Positions 51,701-60,084 of a stretch of 64,000 nt of DNA are shown here, piece after piece. Every line of letters begins with the position of its first letter. Positions within the stretch are counted from its first letter, which is position 1. The notes below the pieces were generated by a model, which was given only the letters and a program-made list of their open reading frames with translations, searched no databases and was not told the DNA's origin. A program made the translations under genes and the position numbers. The DNA is from Leucoraja erinacea (Eukaryota): assembly GCF_028641065.1 (NCBI RefSeq), contig NC_073396.1:32302001-32366000 (forward strand), in the 5' to 3' direction.

Positions 51701-54700
51701 TGTTTTCGCAAACTAACTTGAATTCAAGAGTCAATGGTGGTGGCAGATTATTTCCCCCACCCGTCACGCACAGTTAACCTTGCAAACAATTCTTAAACAA
51801 TGTGGCCAGTTCCAAGATGTACATCAAATTAAATTATGAAACATCTTCCAGACACGATCTGTAGATAAGCATATTATTTTAATGGTAAATATAAGAATTA
51901 TGGAACTACTGACGTTCTGATTGCGCTCCTTGTGAATCTAGATTAGTTGAGTTGTGGATGGAACTCTTTGGTCCATCGGGCCGGCAGTGGCAGTTTAAGT
52001 AGGGATCTGAAATGGAAATGAAGGGACAATGGAATCCAGGGAGGTTTTCTGGAAAAGGTTTTCCCTGGAAGCCATCTTGGAGGACCAAGTAATCATGTCA
52101 TCCACATTCACCAGACCAGTCCGGTGGCTCATAGTCATAGTCAAACAGTGTGGAATGAGGCTCTTCGGCCCAACTTGTCCTCACCAACCAACATGTCCCA
52201 TCTACACTAGTCCCACCTGCCTGCATTTGCTCATATCCCTCCAAACCTATCCTATCCATGTAGAAGTCTGAATGTTTCTTAAACGTTGCCATGGTATCTA
52301 CCACAACTAAATCCTCTGGCAGCTCGTTCCATACACCCACCACCCTTTGTGTAAAATAAGGCTACCCCTCGGGTTCCTATTAAATGTTCTCACCCTTGCC
52401 TCAAACCTGTGTCCTCTGGTCCTCGATTCCCTTTATCTGGGAAAGGGACTGGGTATCAATCTTCTTGGTCGATGCTTCAATATGGGTGGACCAGGAGATG
52501 TTGTTGGTGGTATTGACTTCGAGAAATGTAAAGATTTTGACCATCTCTACTTCGGCACCGTCAATGCACACTCCCTGAAGTTGATCACTATCTCCTTTGT
52601 CTTGCACATGTTGAGAGAAAGGTTGTTGTCTCGACACCGGGACACAAGGTTCTCAATCTCCTACACAAGGTTGCCAATCTCTTACACCAGGACACACGGT
52701 CCTCAGTCTCCTGAGACCAGAGCTGCCCAGTTTACAAAGGGATACACAAAGTTGTGAAAGGAAGGTGAGACTATTGCTGAAATCTGAAACCAAAAGGAGA
52801 ATGCTGGAAATACCCAGGTTGTATCTGTGGAAAGAAAAATACTTAGTTAATATTACATACGCATAACCTTGCAGCATAAGTGGCATGTTATCTAAAAATG
52901 TTGCATTCAATATTTCGTTCTTAAGGCTGCAAAGTGCCCAGACAGAAGATTTAAATGCCAAACCGTATGTTTGGTTTTGATATACAGCGTATAATAAAAC
53001 CTCACAGAGAGGTCAGTGGGAATGGGGTTGAGAATTGAACAGTCAGGTAAATAGTTCGGGGTAAGCCTTGCAGACTTAAATGGGATGTTCTCCAAAACCA
53101 CATTTTGTGGTTTCAATGTAGTGGGACTATATCAAGAGTTTTAAATGCAATACAATAGACTGGAAGAAAGGCTAGAAAATGTAAATACATAACTGGATTG
53201 TGTGACCTCAGCACCCAATGCCTGCGACATGATAAGTTGCATCGTTGGTCAGTAGGAGATGGTGTTTGGGTCTCTTTGGACGGTTATGAGATCCTGTGGT
53301 TTTCCAGCATAAAACTCAATTACTTACGAAGAACACCTTGGATGATGGAGAGGCATTTTTTGTTAAAAGGGGCAAGACAGGTTTTCTGTTTTTTCCCCAG
53401 GATTTTTATTTTCATTTCAGATTTGCAAATGTAAAAATTTGGAATTACTGTTGGTATTTTCATAATCCATTTTTTTTTTTTTTTTTAAGTCAAATGAACC
53501 AAAGGCGGATTGGAGAAACTGTATTTCCATTGTTCAGTTCCTTGTTACTAACACTTTGGGTTTGACACGCAGTGACGTGAAGATCCCAGTGTGGTGCTGG
53601 CGGCAGGTGATGATCTTCATGCTGGCCAACACCATCTGCTGTGTGGTCGTCTCCGTCCTTCTCAATATAGTGGACAGCAGACAGGTAAGAGGCTCACTTT
53701 GAGGCAAAGACTTAAATGTGGTGAAAAGTTCACATTATTCCTTAAATATTGCTGGGGATGGTCATGGGGGTTGGTGCTATATAAAACGCGTGCCGGAGAA
53801 AATGTTTTCCTGACCAAGGAGGGGAGCTGGTGCAGTCCTGTTCATGCACGACTGTGGTCTGACTTAGATGCTGACCTTCTTCTATGTCTGGGTTGACGGT
53901 AGAATCTAGAGCAGATGAAATGAAAGTCTATGAAGGATCTCCATGAAGCAGGTGTGTACAATTGGTCTTGATCCTGGTTCATCTGGACACCATGTGCAGG
54001 GAGGAACTGCAGATGCTGGTAGCGAAGATAGACACAAAATGCTGGAGTAACTCAGCGGGTGAGGCAGCATCTCTGGAGAAGGAATGGGTGACGTTTCGGG
54101 TCAAGAGCCTCTAGTTCTAGTTTCCCTCGCCCCTGACTATCAGTCTGAAGAAGGGTCTCAACCCGAAACGTCAGATTCCCTCTCTCTCGAGAGATGCTGC
54201 CTGACCCTCTGAGTTACTCCAGCATTATGTCTATTAATAAGACATTATTTGGTAGCATCTCAGATGTAAGGAAAATTGCTACTTGCTGAAGTCATATTGG
54301 TATTATATTCCAAACAAAGTGGATAGATTTATTGTGCTTTGCCTTTTCTCTCTTACCTAGATATTGTGTCCATAAACAGACATAGTTATTTTTCTCTTTT
54401 CTCAATCCCTTTGTTCACTTTTATTAATCTTCCTTTCTCTTTCCTCTTGCCATAGGTTTTCCACTTTCTCTCACAATTTAAACCACACTTTGCCATCTTT
54501 CTCAACTCGCATGATAATTGTTCATGTTTTTTTATCGCTGGAAGAACCATGATCGTATTCTATAATAAAAGTGATATTTAGTTGTTTTATCTTAACCTTG
54601 CTCCTGCCTATCCCAACTATAATGTTGACGATGTTGACTCTTTGCTGGCAATGATCCTTTCCAATCAGAAGCTGTTGAGAATGAGTGCTGACAGTCCGCT

Positions 54701-55017
54701 ATCTACAAAGGAGGTGTGACCTTGTTAAAACTTCCCTCGTCTTTGCAAAAACATTTAAAGAGTCATAGAGTACAGCATAGAAACCTTTAAACCTCCTCCG
54801 GCCCACCCCAATCATTGGAAAATGTTGTTATCTTTGTACTCTGACCCATTGACTATTTTTTAAAGCATCATCAACTCCAAGTTGAACTGATATTTCATTC
54901 CCTCCCTGCTTCTAGGATAACACGTTGAACAAAACTACCAAGCACTCTGAAGCTACGAACGAAGAAAATGAAGAAACACCTGAAACATCTCCTCTGCTAA
55001 CAGATCGCAGCACTTAG
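24680..55017 (+). CDS. MFSD1-like (major facilitator superfamily domain-containing 1-like) lysosomal transporter, copy B; 13 coding exons, 1413 nt, 470 aa
   Basis: Join 24680-24701, 29564-29664, 31367-31476, 34517-34572, 38318-38461, 38912-39070, 46500-46615, 46841-46941, 47880-47991, 49096-49233, 49466-49605, 53573-53684, 54916-55017. All introns GT-AG, phases consistent, no internal stop. FGSYFCFD, GFFIDKLGNR (MFS motif A), WFKNKEL, ALWP and LGTA match the MFSD1 family, but the protein is too divergent to be the MFSD1 orthologue. Confidence 0.9.
25570..26700 (+). mobile_element. Degenerate CR1 LINE RT fragment
   Basis: KAFDKVPHGRLL, WIENWLNGRKQRV, LVRQHLEYCVQFWAP in shifting frames. Confidence 0.8.
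26790..27570 (+). mobile_element. Rex1/Babar 3' fragment
   Basis: APQGCVLSPLLYSLYIHDC, KAHQRLYFLRSL, LPSGRRYRSL..RFRNSFFP. Confidence 0.8.
27860..28930 (+). mobile_element. CR1 LINE 3' fragment
   Basis: KFADDT, RLQQDL, VRPHLEYCIQFWAP, RRMRGDLIEVYKIM; 3' UTR ending CACTCTGACTCTATG. Confidence 0.85.
28252..28361 (+). mobile_element. Short 5'-truncated retroposon with (AAG)n tail nested in CR1
   Basis: TSD AAGACGT at 28245-28251 and 28362-28368; ends CCATACGCAAGAAGAAG. Confidence 0.65.
29564..29664 (+). CDS. copy B exon 2 (YYRFLLLFFNCLMTFGSYFCFDIPSVLQEQFQG)
   Basis: Long polypyrimidine tract + AG / GTGAGT; TM1 motif FGSYFCxD. Confidence 0.9.
30803..31138 (+). mobile_element. Probable solo LTR
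   Basis: TGTTA...TAACA termini, internal AATAAA near 31053; flanks AGACC/CTACC match only partly. Confidence 0.5.
31367..31476 (+). CDS. copy B exon 3 (NLTCLNSNVTNGTTDCVEGLGMTPQQYNLLYAIYAWT)
   Basis: ttccAG / GTAAGT, 110 nt. Confidence 0.9.
32425..33100 (-). mobile_element. Penelope-like element 3' portion (GIY-YIG endonuclease remnant plus terminus)
   Basis: Minus frames give FTCTPSNCICCIRCS, ETKHRLGD and LGSIQPNRMNIEFSSF, followed by the same terminus seen in the palindromic repeats. Confidence 0.75.
34517..34572 (+). CDS. copy B exon 4 (NAVVVILAGFFIDKLGNR)
   Basis: ctgcAG / GTGAGT, 56 nt. Confidence 0.9.
35240..35780 (-). mobile_element. CR1 LINE RT fragment
   Basis: ORF 35317-35781: VPQGS..KIADDTKVGG..LQQDVDRL. 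Confidence 0.8.
37424..37451 (+). ncRNA. Minimal hammerhead ribozyme core (one stem II mismatch)
   Basis: CUGAAGA-A-GGAU(CUCA)ACCC-GAAAC-GUC. Confidence 0.5.
38318..38461 (+). CDS. copy B exon 5
   Basis: ctacAG / GTAAGT, 144 nt. Confidence 0.9.
38912..39070 (+). CDS. copy B exon 6
   Basis: tctcAG / GTAAGC, 159 nt. Confidence 0.9.
40297..44880 (-). mobile_element. Near full-length decayed CR1 LINE (ORF1 SGNH esterase, ORF2 APE endonuclease + RT) in copy B intron 6
   Basis: VVVVHGGTND..DGLY (ORF1); CLNARSIRNKVDEL..ITETWL..VYRPPN, SDHNMVEF (APE); PGPDGLHPRVLKE and RT/3' tail; many frameshifts. Confidence 0.88.
40792..41434. mobile_element. 643-bp CpG-rich TIR element (MITE-like) nested in CR1
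   Basis: ~70-bp TIRs AAGCGAGTTCGGTATTCCGACTGC..CCCAGGTCATAGGTCAC; removing it with one AT restores CR1 sequence CCCTCAATAGCAATAATG. Confidence 0.85.
44902..45088. mobile_element. Palindromic PLE terminal-fragment insertion
   Basis: Near-perfect fold-back centred near 44978; direct repeat ACT(A/G)ATTAAATGTA at 44888-44901 and 45089-45102. Confidence 0.8.
46500..46615 (+). CDS. copy B exon 7
   Basis: tctcAG / GTAGGT, 116 nt. Confidence 0.9.
46841..46941 (+). CDS. copy B exon 8
   Basis: ccaaAG / GTAAGC, 101 nt. Confidence 0.9.
47028..47607. mobile_element. Inverted PLE remnant with endonuclease C-terminus in copy B intron 8
   Basis: Inverted ~80-bp arms; minus frame GLLHCQSEGQCKLYEQHLIF..LQPSSMNIDFSNFK; hammerhead-like core on minus strand at 47106-47133. 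Confidence 0.75.
47880..47991 (+). CDS. copy B exon 9
   Basis: tttcAG / GTGAGT, 112 nt. Confidence 0.9.
48189..48216 (+). ncRNA. Minimal hammerhead ribozyme core (PLE-associated)
   Basis: CUGAAGA-A-GGGU(CCCA)ACCC-GAAAC-GUC. Confidence 0.65.
49096..49233 (+). CDS. copy B exon 10
   Basis: tttcAG / GTAAGG, 138 nt. Confidence 0.9.
49466..49605 (+). CDS. copy B exon 11
   Basis: ccacAG / GTGAGG, 140 nt. Confidence 0.9.
51223..51579 (+). mobile_element. Probable solo LTR
   Basis: TGT...ACA termini, internal TATAAA and AATAAA, elevated CpG; flanks TGTC/TGCC. Confidence 0.5.
53573..53684 (+). CDS. copy B exon 12
   Basis: acgcAG / GTAAGA, 112 nt. Confidence 0.9.
53999..54232. mobile_element. Palindromic PLE terminal-fragment insertion
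   Basis: Inverted arms GCTGGAGTAACTCAG..GCAGCATCTCT / AGAGATGCTGCC..GAGTTACTCCAGC. Confidence 0.75.
54145..54172 (+). ncRNA. Minimal hammerhead ribozyme core (PLE-associated)
   Basis: CUGAAGA-A-GGGU(CUCA)ACCC-GAAAC-GUC. Confidence 0.65.
54916..55017 (+). CDS. copy B terminal exon 13 (DNTLNKTTKHSEATNEENEETPETSPLLTDRST*)
   Basis: ttctAG acceptor; TAG at 55015-55017; homologous to 15818-15934. Confidence 0.85.
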   Translation, partial: DNTLNKTTKHSEATNEENEETPETSPLLTDRST

Positions 55018-55434
55018 AAACAAAATCAACTAAAGGATATCGGGAAGAACAATGTAGCTGTAAAATGGAAACGGGGAACTCCAGGTACACAAGGCTTTGG
55101 TCAGGCAAGCAGCAGGTCTAGAAGACATATAGAGATGACGTCTTGGGTCAGGACCTTTCTTCAGACTGAATGTAATGAGTGGGGGGGGGGTGGGCGGGGG
55201 CAGAAAGCAGGAAAAGAGGATGCCACTCTCTGCAGTTCCTTGTGCATCCATTTTATGGCTCCACTGCAAAATCCCCTCAAAGCATGCCTACTTTGAAGAA
55301 GTTCTCCTCACTGATGGGAGTTCTATGAGACCTCTCTCACTGCTCCGCCTCTGTGATTCCTGCTGCTCTCCGACCTTGTTCTGACCTAGCCTCGCTGGCG
55401 CAGCCGCATGCGTTTCCTCAACACTTACCTGCTC

Positions 55435-55435
55435 C

Positions 55436-55469
<34 letters not shown>

Positions 55470-56515
55470 GACTTTATTGTCATTCAAAAATACACCAACA
55501 AATGCAAGTCTGAACAAAATTTTGTTGCATCTGGCTCACTGTGCAACTTAAAAAGATAAAATAGATAATAGATGTGGCACATTATATGGAATTCAAGAGT
55601 CTGATGGCTCGGGGGAAGAAGCTGTTGCAAAACCTGTCCATTCTGCTCCTTATACTACGATACCTTTTGCCCGAGGGCAGCAGAGTGAACAGTCCATGAT
55701 GGAGATGTGTGGGGTCTTTTATAATGCTGTTGGCCTTGGACAAGTAACGTTTGCACGCAATGTCCCGGATTGAAGGAAGAGAAGTCCTGATGATTTTTTC
55801 AGCCATCCTCACCACGGACTTCCAGTCGGAGGCTTTGCAGTCCCCAAACCAGACAGAGATGCGGCTGGTCAAAATGCTCTCTGTAGAAAGTGGTGAGGAC
55901 GGGATGGGGGAAGGCGAGCTCTTCTCATCCGGCGCAAAAAATGCAAACGCTGCTGCGCTCTCTTAACTAGTGATACGATGTTTTGTGACCAGATCAGACT
56001 GTTTGTGATCTGCACCCCCAGGAACTTAGTGCAACTGACCAACTCCACATTGATGTCATTAATGTGTAGTGGTGTGTGACTGTGCCAGTATCTCCTCAAG
56101 TCAACGATGACCTCCTTTATTTTGTCAACATTCAGGATCAGATTGTTCGTGTTGAACCAGTCCACCAGTCTCACCTCCTCCCTGTAAGCCAGTTCATTGT
56201 CGTCCCGGATAAGGCCCACCACTGTTGTGTCATCTGTGTACTTCATGATGTGGTTTGTTCTAAACCTGGCACAACAGTCGTGGGTCATCAGGGTAAACAG
56301 CAGTGGACTCAGCCCTGAGAGGAACCGGTGCTCAGAGAGATGATGTTGGAGGTGTTCTTTCCAACCCGCACTGACTGGGGTCTGTCAGTGAGGAAGTCCA
56401 GTAGCCAGTTACATAAGGGGGTGCTGAGGCCCAATTAACCCAATTTGCTTACTAAGTGCTGAGGGATGATTGTATTGAACGCTGAACTGAAATCCACGAA
56501 CAGCATTCGCACATG
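55435..56515 (-). mobile_element. Rex1/Babar 3' fragment with (TTGA)n tail
   Basis: KYTDDTTVVGLI, KRAQQRLHFLRRM, LPSGKRYRSIR..SFFP; (ATCA)n microsatellite at 55435-55467. Confidence 0.85.
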
Positions 56516-56559
56516 TCACGGACTGATTGCGGGGCATCCTCAAGGGGGAAGGTGAGAAG

Positions 56560-58720
56560 CCGGAAGTCAGCACAAAATGACGTTGGGAAGACAAGGAAAG
56601 AGATTCTGCAGCATGTCTTCAGTGAATTCAGATAAGGCTGAAAAGCAGGACCTCCAGGGTGGTTATCTCCGATTTGCTTCCAGTTCCTCGTGCTGGTGAG
56701 GGCAGGAACAGGGAGATGGGGGATCTGAATGTGTGGCTGAGGAGCTGGGGGTGGGGATTTAGATTCTTAGACCATTGAGATCTGTTTTGAGGTAAGAGTG
56801 AATTGTACAAAAGGGACGGGTTGCATCTTAACAGGTGGGGACCAGCATTCTGGCAGGCAGGATTGCCACTGCTACACAGGTGAGTTTAAACTAAATATGG
56901 GTGGGGGGGGGGGGGGGGGGGGGAGAAGACAAACTGGAAATATAACTGGAAAGCTCACGAAGGGATAGGAGAGTATGACTAATTGAAATAGGAATCGATG
57001 TGAAAGGTGAGGTAAGTAATGGATTAAAAGTATTAAATATGAATGCACAAAGTATAAGAAATAAAGTGGATGAGCTTGAGGCTCAGTTAGAAATTTGCAA
57101 GTATGATGTAGGAATTACAGAGACATGGCTGCAAGAGGACCAGGGCTGGGAACTGAATATTCAGGGGTTACGTCCTATTGAAAAGACAGACAGGTGGGCA
57201 GAGGGGATGGGATAGCTCTGTTGGTGAGGAATGAAATTCAGTCCCTTGCGAGGGGTGACATAGAATCAGGAGATGTTGAATCAGTATGGATAGAACTGAG
57301 TAATTGTAAGGGTAAAAAGACCCGAATGGGAGTTATCTACAGGACCAGTAGCCTGGATATAAGGTGCAAATTGAATCAAGAGTTAAAATTGGCATATCGT
57401 AAAGGTAATGCTACAGTGGTTATGGGAGCTTTCAACATGCAGGTAGACTGGGAAAATCAGGTTGGAACTGAACCCCAAGAAAGGGAGTTTGTGGAGTTCC
57501 TCCAAGATGGATTCTCAGAGCAGTTTGTACTGGAGCCTATAACGGAGAAGGCAATTCTGGATTTAGTGTTGTGTAACGAACCAGATTTGATAAAGGAAAC
57601 TCGTAAAGCAGCTATTAGGAGGTAGTGACCATAATATAAGTTTTAATCTACAATTTGAGAGGGAGAAGGGAAAATCAGAAATGTCAGTATTACAGTTGAA
57701 CAAAGGGGACTATGGAGCCATGAGGGAGGAGCTGGCCAAAGTTGACTGGAAAGATACCCTGGCAGGGATGACAGTGGAACAACAATGGCAGGTATTTCTG
57801 GGAATAATACAGAAGGTGCAGGATCAGTTCATTCCAAAGAGGAAGAAAGATTCCAAGGGGAGTAAGGGGCGACTGTGGCTGACAAGGGAAGTCAAGGACA
57901 GTATAAAAATAAAAGAGAAGTATAACATAACAAAGATGAGCGGGAAGCCAGAGGATTGGGAAACTTTTAAAGAGCAACAGAAGATAACTAAAAAGGTAAT
58001 ACGGGGAGAAAAGATGAGGTACGAAGGTAGGCTAGCCAAGAATATAAAGGAGGATAGTAAACGATTCTTTAGGTATGTGAAGAGGAAAAAAATAATTAAG
58101 ACCAATGTTGGACCCTTGAAGACAGAAACAGGTGAATTTATTATGGGGAACAAGGAAATGGCAGGCGAGTTGAACAGGTACTTTGGATCTGTCATCACTA
58201 GGAAAGACGCAAACAATCTCCCAGATGTACTAGTGGCCAGAGGACCTAGGGTGACAGAGGAACTGAAGGAAATTCACAGTAGGCTGGATATGGCGTTGGG
58301 TAGACTGATGGGATTGAAGGCTGATAAATCCCCAGTGCTGCATATCAGAGTACTTAAGGAAGTGGCTCTAGAACTCGTGGATGCATTGGTGATAATTTTC
58401 AAATATTCTATAGATTCAGGATCAGTTGCTGTGGATTGGAGGGTAGATAATGTTATCCCACTTATTAAGAAAGGAGGGAGAGAGAAAACAGGGAATTTCA
58501 CCCAGAGAGTTGTGAATCTGTGGAATTCTCTGCCTTCTGTAGTGGAGGCCAATTCTCTGGATGCTTTCAAGACAGTTAGATAGAGTTTTTAAAGATAGTG
58601 GAGATATGGGGAGAAGGCAGGAACGGGGTACTGATTGTGGATGATCAGCCATGATCACAGTGAATGGCGGTGCTGGCTCGAAGGGCTGAATGGCCTACTC
58701 CTGCGCCTATTGTCTATTGT
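56560..58720 (+). mobile_element. CR1 LINE (ORF1 end, APE, internally deleted RT, 3' tail)
   Basis: NMNAQSIRNKVDEL..ITETWL; 300-aa ORF 57681-58583 jumps from GGREKTGN directly to FTQRVVNLWNSL. Confidence 0.85.
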
Positions 58721-58839
58721 TGCATCTGCTCACAAGGCGAGGCTTTCCACTCTAGAATATCCGAGATGTTCTCCTTCTTTAGTGAACATAGTCCCGTTCC
58801 CCCCGCCCCTGCTGTTGTGGATGAATCCCTCACCTGTAT

Positions 58840-59860
58840 CACAGTGAGTTAAGGGTACAGTGAGTTAAGGGTGCAGTGCTTCATAGTAAAGGTACAGTTT
58901 AAAGGATTAAGATTTTTCTAGTGGGAGTGAGTTGATTTAATTTGGGGTAAGCCATGTCAGTTGAGATCAGCCCCGTGCATTGCTCATCCTGCAACATGTG
59001 GGAGATCAGGGATATTGTCGGTGTCCCTGGTGACTACGTGTGCAGCAAGCGTCCAGCTGCAGCTCCTGGCAGACCGCATTGAACGGTTGGAGCTGTGGTT
59101 GGATTCTTACTGGAGCATCCACGATGCTGAGAAAGTCGTGAATAGCACGTACAGTGAGTTGGTCACACCCCAGGTAAAGGTGAAGCGGACAGAAAGGGAA
59201 CGGGTGGCCAATAGCCAGTGTAGCAGCAGGCAGGTAATGCAGGAGTCCCCTGCGGCCATCTCCCTCCTAAACAGATATACCATTTTGGATACTGTTGGGG
59301 GAGATGGCTCATCAGGGGAAGGCAGCAGCAACCAAGTTCATGGCACCGTGGGGAGGAAAAAGAGTGGAAGGGCTATAATAATAGGGGAATAGATAGGTGT
59401 TTCTGCGGCCGCCAACGAGACTCCAGGATGGTATGTTGCCTCCCTGGTGCAAGGGTCAGGGATGTCTCTGAGCGGCTGCAGAACATTCTGGAGGGGGAGG
59501 GTGAACAGCCAGTTGTCGTGGTGCACATTGGCACCAACGATAGAGGTAAAAAATCGGGATGAGGTCCTACAAAGTGAATTTAGGGAGCTAGGAGATAAAC
59601 TTAAAAGTAGGACCTCAAAGGTAATAATCTCTGGATTACTACCAGTGCCATGTGCTAGTCAGAGTAGAAATAGGAAAATATTTCAGATGAAATATGGTGC
59701 AAGGGGGAGGGATTCAAATATCTAGGGCATTGGAACCAGTTCTGGGGGAGGTGGGACAAATACAAACAGGACGGTCTACACCTGGGCTGGAATGGAACCA
59801 ATGTCCTTGGGGGAGTGTTTGTCAGTGCTGTCGGGGAGGATTTAAACTAATGTGGCGGGG
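58840..59860 (+). mobile_element. CR1 5' portion (ORF1, SGNH esterase type)
   Basis: Cys-rich N-terminus, coiled coil, CCLPGARV..VVVHIGTND..IISGLLPVP. Confidence 0.8.
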
Positions 59861-60084
59861 GGTGGGAGCACGAGCAGAGAGACAGAGGCAGAGAGACAGA
59901 GGCCCAGGAGCTTGGAGCGGGCGGAGTTCCCAACTCTGCAATGTTCCATTCACGTTTCAAAAAAGTGGGCTTGAAGCCGCTGATTGGTGGAAGCGACAAG
60001 AGGAAGCAGCTGATTGGGAGTCAGATCCCTGCTGATTTCTTCCAGCACTTTGTATTGTATCCTGGGCAAGGGGGGAGAATGAGG

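Noticed and set aside
24680-55017. Calling copy B the true MFSD1 orthologue
   Set aside because: Low similarity outside family motifs, an extra luminal loop and different termini indicate the MFSD1-like paralog lineage, so no symbol is assigned.
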